A stretch of DNA of 64,000 nucleotides from Enoplolaimus lenunculus (lineage: Eukaryota): positions 62,001 through 126,000 of the forward strand of contig JASANG010003984.1 in the NCBI GenBank assembly GCA_030248215.1. Reading direction: 5' to 3'. Shown piece after piece: positions 42,701 through 53,124 of this stretch; within the stretch, counting starts at the first letter, position 1; each line of letters starts with the position of its first letter. Below the pieces are notes generated by a model, which ran no database searches, was not told the origin of the DNA, and worked only from the letters and a program-made list of their open reading frames with translations. Both the position numbers and the translations under genes were made by a program.

Positions 42701-43101
42701 CCTTTCGAACCGGCGGTTTTGCTATCATCATACTACCGGGCCCTGGACCTTCGAATTGTCCAACGCGCGGGGAATGCATACCATGTGGCAATCTTTCTCG
42801 TGTCAAATCATCGTTGTTGCGGTGCTAAAATTAATAAGCAAACTCACATAACATAACACCAATGTCCAAAAAAGTCCCAAGTTAGTCTTAAAAAATTTGA
42901 TCGATAGAGTCTTGATCACCAAGGAAGTGTCTCACTAGACAATGTAATTCTGTACGCTAAATTGCATAAAATATAAATAAAAACATTTAATACATATCTG
43001 TACCAGCAAAAACTTACAATTTCCCTGCCACGATAACCACCTCGTCTAGACTTTACTGGAAAATTTCGCCTTGCAGGTCGTCGAAAATCATCTTTGTCCA
43101 T
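27764..43101 (-). CDS. SMG9: Nonsense-mediated decay factor SMG9 (~833 aa, 14 coding exons)
   Basis: Exons 43101-43018, 42824-42702, 42108-42012, 34882-33770, 33462-33293, 32937-32822, 32452-32341, 31830-31735, 31007-30922, 29521-29439, 29102-28995, 28789-28673, 28334-28217, 27842-27764; all GT-AG with matching phases. Motifs: P-loop VVGVIGGQGTGKS, ITNERVIVLDTQPLLS, CHVVVVIMDW, FIQTAEMLKPS, C-terminal WFHYAARMWDSVRKS. The first three exons are joined on phase consistency only. Confidence 0.9.
35212..36060 (-). pseudogene. Degenerate non-LTR retrotransposon 3' fragment (RNase H + CCHC)
   Basis: Remnants DGSVAKG..AGAGIF, VFQTEI, VWVPDHSNVTGNDVVDELA and CSECNVNETAEHFLCVC, broken by frameshifts/stops. 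Confidence 0.75.
36876..40935 (+). mobile_element. Non-LTR retrotransposon (I group, Ingi-like): PHD-APE-RT-RNase H-CCHC, slightly 5'-truncated, GAA-repeat tail
   Basis: PHD-like Cys/His finger (C..CTNCRRWYHYKC..WACDDC), APE (QWNARG, IQET, GDFNGH, SDH), RT (YRPIALTS, DFSRAFD, GLPQGSVLSP, FADD), RNase H (WTDGS, KAEIVAI, CDSRSA, QWVPAH..NE.AD.LAK), CKRC..H..C knuckle; very short 3' UTR ending gaagaagagaagaagaa. Confidence 0.93.
36879..40892 (+). pseudogene. LINE polyprotein frame (~1337 codons) with one in-frame TAA at 39531-39533
   Basis: ORFs 36879-39533 and 39588-40892 share one frame; the junction reads RLL*QSFIRSVAEYG. Confidence 0.85.
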
Positions 43102-44427
43102 ACTGTCAGAATACAAATCCTATTTATGTATGACCTAAAATTACGGGTTAGTACGTATTTGAACTATTAAAACAAAGAGTTGAAAAAAGAAGTTCCATGT
43201 TTTGGAAAACGTGAATAATTTAGTTTCATATCACACGAGAAACTCAAGCATAAGTAAAGTTATGGCTAACAGTTATCGCTTGACACAGCAAAATAACAAT
43301 AACTGTTGGTAATGAAAACTTGCATTTGTTTTAAGAACTTTTCTGAGATTTTTGCCAATGCTTTATACAACTTTGTTCACAATTCATCTGGCTATGTATT
43401 TTACACTATACCACTACTAATATACAAAATAATCATACAATAACAAAAACAACAACAATAATATAATATTAATATTACGGTGATTTATTGATATTAAGAT
43501 TTCCTTTTTGAGATAAGAAGAATGAGACAGATTAAAATCTCACTTAAGAGTTACATACTCAATATACTGCCTACTTTAAATGCCGGCAATACATATCCGC
43601 GTATGCTGATATTCTTTTTTCATTTGACGTCCTCAATGTGTGACAGTACGAAATCGCAAATCTCGATCCCATTCTTACAGTGATGCTTATATATAAATCA
43701 CCAGCTCATATATTTTGAGAGCTAAGGATGACCCTGTGGTATCTGTATTACCAAAAACAAAACGTTCTTGCATATTCCATTTAAACAAATAGTATTACAA
43801 CACATTAGCCTTGCTAAACAATCAATATTTCCAAAATTCAGTATACTATTCTTTGTTGACTTAAAATGCTGCTGTATCAGCTTAAGGTTCGTGGCTGTGA
43901 GTGTTCATCGACTTGGAAACTTATCACTAAAATGAGGATAATACAAAGGTTCGCGCATTTTTTGTTGTGTAATGGTATAGCTAGTCCGCAAACTTTTACT
44001 GCGAGATTACTTCATTGCAATGTAATGGTTAAAGTAAACGAAAGGTTATTGCTTTAGTTATCCATAGTTAACGGATGATCGGGGTGGGGCTGCAACCCAC
44101 TCGGTTGATTCGGTACATTCCGCCATATTTAACTTGGCCACTCGAAAAATCCCCCCGGTTTGAGATTATATATACGTATAAAAACGAAAAGCCAAATAAA
44201 CAAGCTAGCGTCACATCTAAGCTTAGACATAGCAAAAGCCCGGTCGGCTCGAGATTGATGTGCACATGCAATATAGTGCATTGCATTGTATGCATGCTTT
44301 CTGGTAGCATACGGTCCCACTCGTTAGACCCTCACTGATAATAACAAATTCCTGCTATTTTAATCTAGTTTTCAATTTCTGATAATCTTTTGTAGATAAT
44401 TCATGTTTTCATGTTTATGCACGCGCT

Positions 44428-44939
44428 TGTCGGAATATGTGCACGTAAGTGTGTGTAAAGCAAATGTTGCCATGCCTGTGCACATATACCGGTATAAGAA
44501 GTTGTTGCAATGGCCGCGTCGTGTAGTGGTAGCATACTTGGCTCGAGAGCAAGAGGGCCGAGGTGCGATTCCCGGCGTGGTCATTAACTTTGGCAAAACT
44601 TCAAACACGGGTCGTGCAGACCGTATAGTACCAACATGGAGGTCCCACCGAGATGGGCACTGCAAACAGCAAGCCCATGAATTCGGGTAGTTGGATTCGC
44701 GGTCCGGGACGACCGCCTGTAATAAGAGGGATGTCGGTATATGTGCACGTAAGTGTGTGTAAAGCAAATGTTGCCATGCCTGTGCCCATATACCGGTATA
44801 AGAAGTTGTTGGAATGACCGCGTAGTGTAGTGGTAGCACGCTTGGCTCGAGAGCAAGAGGGCCGAGGTTCGATTCCCGGTGTGGTCATTAACATTGGCAA
44901 AACTTCAAACAGGGGTCGTGCAGACCGTTAGTACCAACA
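44428..44939 (+). mobile_element. TRIM (miniature LTR retrotransposon) with tRNA-like sequence in both LTRs, copy 1
   Basis: LTRs 44428-44636 and 44732-44939 (TG...CA); PBS tggaggtcccaccgagat at 44637-44654; purine tract aataagaggga; TSD gcgct on both sides. Confidence 0.92.
44816..44887 (+). ncRNA. tRNA-like Pol III cassette in a TRIM LTR (also 44512-44583, 60774-60845, 61079-61150)
   Basis: 72 nt; acceptor stem gaccgcg/(c/t)gtggtc+a, A-box tagtgtagtggta, B-box ggttcgattcc; imperfect anticodon and T stems, so probably not a functional tRNA. Confidence 0.75.
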
Positions 44940-44959
44940 GCGCTGAGATAATTTGAATA

Positions 44960-47900
44960 ATGGCTAACAACAAACTCGATTTATCGAAATACAATCGCTT
45001 TCACATATATACATGCAACATAATTGCATGGAAGGAGTTACATCAACATCAAATTTCGAACCCGTCGACAGAACTTCGGCGATGCTTAAAGTTGCTTTTG
45101 AAAAGCGCTGCGCTTAGCGAATCAAAAGCGGAAACGTGTATCAAACCGTCAGATACCGTCGGCCTATGCTTGTGTAATCGTTCTTCACAACAACCGGGTA
45201 CGCTTAATGGAATGAATCGAAGTGATCTTAAGATTACTGTAAAGGTGCGTAGCGTGCTTTCTAATTGCGTTTTTCTATATATACAAGTAAACACATTGTT
45301 AGCAAATGGTATGCCTGCATCACGCGGATATAGTCTCTAATGTGATGCTCTAGTACATATGTACCTATACCTCTCAACAATTGCCGTAATTGTTCAGTTT
45401 TCAAATGAAATAACAAAGTTATTCCGAAATATTTAGAAGTCTGGGAGCTTACGCCAAATTAATGCATATGCTATTTTGTACGTGTATTTCGTTGTATCTT
45501 GTATGAGTAGTGTCAAATAAGTTGGGATTTATTGATAAGTTTTATAGGACGTGGCGCTGCCGGTTTCCCGATAAGCAATCTTTTGGAACTGGCCAGTTGA
45601 AGGCAAAAACTACAATGAAAGTAGACATGAAATTCGTTGCCAAAATTCACAGGCGAAATTAGTAAATTTGTACGGAAAGAAATCACTCGGAGGCAGGGCT
45701 CAGATATTACACCATCTGCTAAAATGCTAAGATTCATTGAGTTAAGTAACACACTAGCTTGGTGTTAACTCCCAAATCACGATCATCGTCGTTACCTAAA
45801 CAAGGCGGAATACAGAAACACCACCTAAACAAGGCGGGATACAGCAACGCCATAAAGACATGCAATGATTATAAAGTATGAAACAAGATAATAAAATTCA
45901 AATATACTAATTAATAAAACCGGCGACAAGAATACAAAGCGTACGCCAGGCACTAACATTAAACCCACGTAAGTAAGCGTACTATGCAATAAAAAAGTGA
46001 ATACAGGCTCTTGTGTTATTGCAGATTTAGTAAAACTCATCGTGCTACCGGATTCGGATAGCATACTATATTAAAATAATATATATTAAGTCCGTCAACA
46101 ATTCTATATTGGCTGTAATTTTTCTGAAAACTGAATTTTATGCTTGCAGTTTCAGAGTAAGCATGGTGGTACATGCCCCTTCAGATGAACATTAATGAAA
46201 TTCTTCAATCCATGAATAAAAATTAGCTAGTTTACGAGAAGATTGCTACTGAAATTTTCGTCTAGTTTCTCCCTCGCGAGCCTTTTCTCTTGATTTTATT
46301 TCAGTTACATTCTGGGTTATATATTGATATATATTGAAGCTCGGATGTGGGCGGTTCCTTTTCCTCTTCATTAGAAAAACTCAGTATTTAAAACAACAAC
46401 TTGTATGAACTTTATGTATCTACCACCGTATTCGTATATATTGTTTTGTAATAGAAAACATGGCCTGACGGGGGTGCGACGCGATTTAAAAATGACGTAA
46501 CTGTAGTTTTAGTGCTGAAAATCTGTTACCAAAGAATACCGTCGTTGGATTTTTATTTTCATTCGGAGCCGAATGTTTTTTAGTTGCACACCGATAAGCA
46601 TTTCGTCGACATTTTTATACTTTTTGATTTTTTTAGCTGACTTGCACTTGCAAGCTGTATACGTGCATATAACACTGCACAACATCCGATTGCTTTTATT
46701 TCTTTAAAATGTTTACGTGTCATCATACATATGCTTAAAATATATTAATATCAGTATATAATACAATACTTAAAATTTGCTGAGATAAGCAGTTACGTAC
46801 GTACGCACTTATTTCTATATAGTTAGATGAATTATATATATATATGTTGTAGGCCAATCTGCTATTTAGGCCAATTAGTAATTGGCCTAGGCCAATCTGC
46901 TATTTTATGTAATAGCAGTGTGGCCTGGGCTAAACTGCTATTGAACTTATGGACCAATCAGTTTTGTTTATTCGGATAAACGCAACCTTTAACCAATCAA
47001 CGATGGTATTACATCACTGATTTGCGACATCTCACAATCGATATTTGGCCTAGGCCAAACTGTTATTTGCTTCCAATAGCAGGTTGGCCTAGGTTGGTAA
47101 TTGGCCTGAATAGCAGAATGGTCTACGACATATAGGCGTGTGTGTAGTTGGCATGGTCAGTAATGCTTCAAATCAAATACTATCTAATTTTCTGAGCAAA
47201 GTTTTCGACAAGGTTTGGCAATGGTAAATTTAAACCGGTATTCTCTGAAACAACTTGAACTCCTCGAGCAAGTATACTAACTAAGTAGTTGCTGCATAAA
47301 ACTAGAAACTTAGACCGTTGTTTCGATATTGCCGGTTCAGCTCTATGTTTGCGAAGGATACGTATGTATAATTATGTATAATTTGATTGTAAAGCGCTCT
47401 TTTGACTATATAAAAGTGGGCAAGAACCGCATTGAAAATAGCAAAACTTTGTTGACGTAGTAATACGCATAAAATCGGATCGTATGTACCATTGTTTTAT
47501 TCTTTTGAAATTGCAGAGTTTCATTTTCAAATGTATATTTATACATATTTATTTCAAACAAATGTGATGTACGAAAGTGTCATTTTGTAGATGTGTTTTG
47601 TTTCAGTTGTTCCTGCAAGAATGGAATGCCGACTTGGTGCGTTGCGGTGTTGAATACATTCTTAAAGTGCTCGATACCGATCATATCGAGTCGTTAATTG
47701 TAGCATTCCCACCGTCTGAGTATGCATCTGACGTGCAATTGGACGATGATGTCACCGGTGATGACGTTGAAAATGACGCAATTTCCGCTGATGAAGCCGA
47801 ACACGATGATAATGAGGATGACTTTATTCAAAACGATGACAACGACGACAATCAAGATGAATATCCGAGTGCGGAACAAATTCAACAAATATGGCAGTCA

Positions 47901-48968
47901 ATTGAAGCTGTAATTGATGATGGGAAAGTAGTCACTGGAGGTAATGTTATTGGTCTTGTTTTGTATGTTATGGGGCGTTACGTAGGTTTGCGAAAGATTT
48001 TATGTCTACTTCCAGGGTGGCAAGGAATCCAGATGTGACGGGGTTTGAATTCGTTGCTAATTCGCCGAATCCAAGGCTTGCATTTTACAGCTTTCCGATA
48101 TATCAATGATTTTGCTTCAGAATGAATACCAACACAACGCTAGCCGCATAACTTTTAAAGTTCTGTAATTTGTGACCTGAGGCAAAAAATATTGATTTAT
48201 ATAACAAGTTATTTAAAAATTTTATTGCATAAAAAATTAAACGTACGTATTATGTTGCCGAACATTGGTGGATTCGGCTTATTCACATCCCAATCCGACC
48301 CGTTAATTTTAGCGGAATCAGAAGCTTTGTTGCCATCCTGAATGTGTTATACATAAGTTTTACACTGATTTTGGATTTCGGAGGTATATGCATAATTTTA
48401 TTATATTGGTGTATTAAAGGTTTCGGTCGAAACTTTTTCCAAATTTCTGACTTGTGTGCACGAAGTGTGAAGCTGAAAATTTTATGCAGCCCGATATTTA
48501 GGCTTTGACTAAAAATCTGATTCGCGGCTGGCTTTTTATTCTCTGGGATTTTTCACATTATTGTAATTATTTTTATGTAAGCGACAGTAGTATTTTGTTT
48601 TTGTTGTATATTTTGCAGGCGTTGCCGACTTAAATATTACTCAATTGAGAGCGTTGCATAGTTCGGCGCGAATTAAACCAAGCATAAATCATTACAATAT
48701 CGCAGCGTGTTGCACAGTACCACCAGAACTTCAAGAATTTGCGAAAACAAACAATATTCAGTTGTTGACGCACAACGATCCGGCACAATTTCTAGCACCG
48801 GAGACCGTTTTTCAGCTGCTTCATGATGAACTTGGCCTTGTGGAGTCGGAAGCTCGTCAATGGAAATCTAAAATGGTGTTACGGGTAGCGGTCATGGCAA
48901 AACAGCGCGCTGTGATTACAACGAAAGCTTATGCTGTGTGTTTGGCGAAGCATGGGGATGGAGATTGA
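44960..48968 (+). CDS. GCLM: Glutamate-cysteine ligase modifier subunit (~322 aa, 3 exons)
   Basis: Exons 44960-45244, 47607-47940, 48619-48968, GT-AG and in phase. Motifs: HIYTCNIIAW..STELRRCL, KITVKLFL, ESLIVAFPP, GVADL, KPSINHYNIAACCTVPPELQEFAK..IQLLTHNDP. Confidence 0.9.
46846..47130. mobile_element. MITE of the 17456-17737 family, in GCLM intron 1
   Basis: TIR tgttgtaggccaatctgct/agcagaatggtctacgaca flanked by tata. Confidence 0.7.
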
Positions 48969-48989
48969 GATTAATGAGAATGTAGCCAG

Positions 48990-49371
48990 ATGGGTGCAAC
49001 CGAAATTGCAGTTCCGGTTTTTTACCTTCCGGTTCCGTTTTCGGTAAAGTTTAACCTGAATTAAAAAAACCAGTATTAAATTTTGGTCGGTGAAATTAAG
49101 ATATTTTACTAAAAATGACGATAAAAGTTAAATAGATTTCATTAGTATAGTAAGTAAACCTTGACAATCGCCGAAAATAAACAAGGTAGATTCCGCTTCC
49201 GTGGATTATGACAATCTAAAATACAGTGGATAAAGTGAATACCTGTCTCCAACTAGGGTTATTTTACCAATAATATTGCAAAAAACAAAATTAAAATGAA
49301 TTTTTGATGACATGTATTTTTCATTTTTTCAAATTTCGGTTCCGTTAAATTGTAATTCCGGTTGCACTCTG
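48990..49371. mobile_element. hAT-like MITE just downstream of the GCLM stop codon
   Basis: 8-bp TSD gtagccag; reverse-complement match to 10934-11328. Confidence 0.85.
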
Positions 49372-50807
49372 GTAGCCAGATACAGAGTCAAAATAACGAA
49401 ACCGACAGTGAAGAAAATAGCATAAGCGCAAAATACCTGGAATTATCTTTTCACAAAGTTTCAGTGTGTTTCACTGTTTTGAGTTAGTTTTTATTTTTTG
49501 ACTTGCATCTTAGTAAGCAGGGAGTTGTATTCTCAGGTAGCATTGTATTAAATTTTTTGATGTTCTCGACGTTGTATATTTTTATGTTCAGTTTCAAACT
49601 CGTTTAGATTAATCTGCTATGGTTTGAAAACATATCAATTAGTATGATGTTAACATACATTGGTGCCTGACCGTGTGTAATTATTTATTTTTCGTGGTTT
49701 AATAAACATATTTACGTTAAATGTTTTCCTTTATGTACTTAATATTGTCTGTTTCAGTACAAAATCTTTTCTCGGAAAGTATATTTATCTAGAAAATAAT
49801 TTATCCAATTAGAGAAGTTTGTTTTGTAGTTCAATTTTAGTTCCGTTCCTCAACCTAGTGTCGGTTGCAGGGCTAATCTAGCGTATGACAACGAGAAAGA
49901 GATCAATGACATAAATATATACTAAATTGTCGGTAATCTGTTCAAACTCTAAAACGACATGCGAGTGTAAATACGTCGTCGTTTGCCGTACTTTGTACGA
50001 AAGGTTTTTTATAATGCAGTTGTGAAGATGACCTGGACTAACTAGCCAATATATTATTGAAGTTCATTAAAGCTGGTGTTGGTTTTGTAATTGTATAGTC
50101 TGAGCGTTTGGGTACCCTGAACGTGGTAATAGAAGTGGAAATCAAACTCAGCTCGCTGAATGACACAGCTTTCATAAAAGAAAAAAATCACTATCAAAAT
50201 TGGCGAAGCCTTCGACAGATATTCTGCAGGTGCAGGAGGGCGGGGTAGTGTGCCGTACGCGAACCTCCGAGGGCGTATTAAACGGATAGTTGGCATTTCT
50301 TGCAAAATCCACTTTACTACAAATTTATCATAGTATAAAACTGTGCGCAGAATCTATAAGCCGCACTATCATTTTTTACGATAGGTGTAAATGCATTAAT
50401 ACCAGGATGCAACCGGAGGTGAACGGAGCCGGAGGACAACGAAACACGCCGGAGCCGGAAGTGAGGCGAAATTAGGTAGTAAAATGAGGGTTTAGTTAAT
50501 TTTAGCAAATATCTGCAAACACTTAAAAAAATGGTGAGTCAAATTGATTCTCCGAAATAGAAACCAAAATGCCTCAAAGTTGAAAAACGGATTTTCTTAA
50601 AGCCTCTACGACCTAAGCCAGTTTCTAACCTCTGCCCATGGGAAATATCATCCCTGTTCGCGAAACAAACTGCCAAACGACTGCGCCAACCCAGGCCCGC
50701 AGCGTTAGCACCTTGTTACGGGGGCTAAAAAATTTTCAGGAGGCGCATTCAAGGATTTTCCGTGAGTTAATACAAGCAAGGTTGAAAATTTATTTCGTAA
50801 TTTTATA

Positions 50808-51171
50808 CCATGGTACAACTGGAGGTCTGCCTCCGGCTTCGGCAGAAAATCGGCCTCCGGCTCCGGTAAAATTTTTGCCGGAGGTTCCGGCAATTTCGGT
50901 AGTAAAATTTTGCATAATTTTGTAAAATTTATCTGTTTGAACGCGTTATGTTTTACTTTTGTCACAATTTTCAGGAAAGAATTTCCGAAAATTCGCAGAA
51001 AATTAGCGTAAAACCAAACAAATTAACAACATATTACAGATATTGGCTAAAATTAACTAGTTAACCAGCATCGTTACTACCAAATTTTGTCTCTACTCCG
51101 GTTCCGACTCTGGTTCCGGCAAGTTTCGTTGACCTCCGGCTCCGGTATTTTTCACCTCCGGTTGCACCATG
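50808..51171 (-). mobile_element. hAT-like MITE, short form of 20538-22093
   Basis: catggtacaac...gttgcaccatg termini; only one or two satellite-like monomers inside. Confidence 0.7.
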
Positions 51172-52245
51172 ATATATACGTGAGACATAAGTTTTAGCGT
51201 GAAAATAAACTGAATACCGGTATTTCTATGACTGAAACGAAAAAGGATATATGGTTACATCCAGCCTCCGGTTGTATTATACTGTGGAGAACAATTCTCT
51301 AGGGTTTTGGGGTCCGAAAAAAACGGTTTGTTCACTCTGAAATCAACGTTTGACATTTAATATGTATTTAAAAAGTTTAGTAAACCTGACCTAAACAATA
51401 AAATGTTTCACGTTTTTGAACGTTTCAGTGCTTATGGATATTGTGTGTGGCATATCGAACGTTATTGCGGCACCACGCATTCAAACATAAAAAAACAGCA
51501 GTACTATTTGTGCGCAAAGGAAGTGTCTGATAATATATTGCAGTTTTTACTAAACATAATTGCATAATTGTAATTGGTAATATACTGATATCTGCGAACG
51601 GAGTTCTTGAACTCTAAAGGTACTTTTGATATGCTTCTAGAGCACCGAGTACGGAGCTTGTTGGAGGTAATAAAATCTACAAGCGAACACCCTGCAATTG
51701 GACAGAAACATTTTTTCTGCTTAAGTTAATCCGTTAGCTAGTGGAACCTGTGTATGTACGGGTACGCGTTTTATACGGGTTAGTTACTGTAAAGAGATGA
51801 ATTGCCACAATTTTGACGGTGTGTCCAGCAAAAGTTGTTGTTAACGATTCATATGCATTAGAATCGGAAGGAATACTGTGCGAGAATATGCTACAGCGTC
51901 AGTGGTTTTATACAGAACGAATTTACGATCAAGTCAGTGAGACATCCATTCCAACGTTGTTCTTGTGGTTCTCAGTTTCTTTAGCATATAAAAGATTCAT
52001 CGATATAAATTTTTTTCACATGTGTGTACAAAACTATGAGATTGCTTTCAGATTTTGATAACCAAACCCATGATTAAGTAACTGTGCTTACGTATTTATT
52101 TTTGCAGACAATACGTCATATATTGTGCAATGCACCATCGAGCTTTGATGACATGATTACTTCATATGTTTAATATGGGCTTAATGCCCACCGCCGATTT
52201 TTTGCGCAATTCAGAAGCAAAGCTTATTTCACTTCACAATTCCTA

Positions 52246-53124
52246 ATGTCAGTAGTTCATTCAACATCCAGATTTAAGTCGTTGCTAGTCAAACTTAAAC
52301 CAACGAAAAGAATCGATTGGGTAAACTTTGTCAGTCGTTTGAGTAAGTATAGATCTGGTCCGTTTGTGTAGCCAAATTGTGCCGACGTGGTATCTATTTC
52401 CAGATTTTGAACATATATGGCTGTATTGTTTATACCGTAGTTTTAGCGCAACAAAAGTATGCAAATTATTGTTATTACAGGCATAAGTTAAATTTACGTT
52501 TCTAACTCATTGTGTTGGCTCTATCGTGTACATAGCAAATGATTATAAAGCCGTCCAAAATGTACGCATTCATTGCGTTTCATTTTTACTAAAATTAATT
52601 ACACTATATTCGTCTGTTCCTTGCGCCTTAAACTAAAACAATACAAAAGCATTTGCTATATTTCAGCTTTCGCAGTGCTTGGGTTGGTGCTGCCGCCGTT
52701 TATATTCCAAGACGATGATCCAGATGAAGTGCACGATTACGATTACGATAAACCAAAAGTTCGAAAAATGATCACGTCAATCGAACAGTCATTAGAAACG
52801 CGGTTGGATGATGTGTTACGTCGATTGGAACGAGAAAACGCTGAAAGACGCTTAATCAACGAGCGCCGGTTGGCGAAACATTTAAACGCTGAAGAATTTA
52901 GTCGTGTACGCGGAGAAATTCAAAAACGTTTCGAGTCACTTGATGATCGGCTGCATTCCAGTGCAGCGCGGACTGCTGATGCAATTGATGAAAACGCAGC
53001 TGCGATACAAAAATTGCAACAACATTTAGCACGCAATGAGCAAGTGATGATTGAACAGGATAAACAGATTAAGTTGCTTGAACGGATTTTGCTCAAGAGA
53101 TCTGGGGTTTTTGATGATAAATGA
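52246..53124 (+). CDS. Putative ~184-aa protein with one hydrophobic segment and a C-terminal coiled coil; family not recognised
   Basis: Exon 52246-52342 (ATG, gtaagt donor) joins in phase to 52667-53124 (tttcag acceptor); heptad-like E/R/L/Q-rich sequence. Confidence 0.55.

Noticed and set aside
44512..44583. Functional tRNA-Ser(CGA) genes
   Set aside because: No long variable arm, mismatched anticodon and T stems, no T-run terminator, and all four copies lie in LTRs.
44372..44900. ORFs overlapping the TRIM copies (also 60526-61353)
   Set aside because: No gag/pol motifs; chance open frames in GC-richer repeat sequence.
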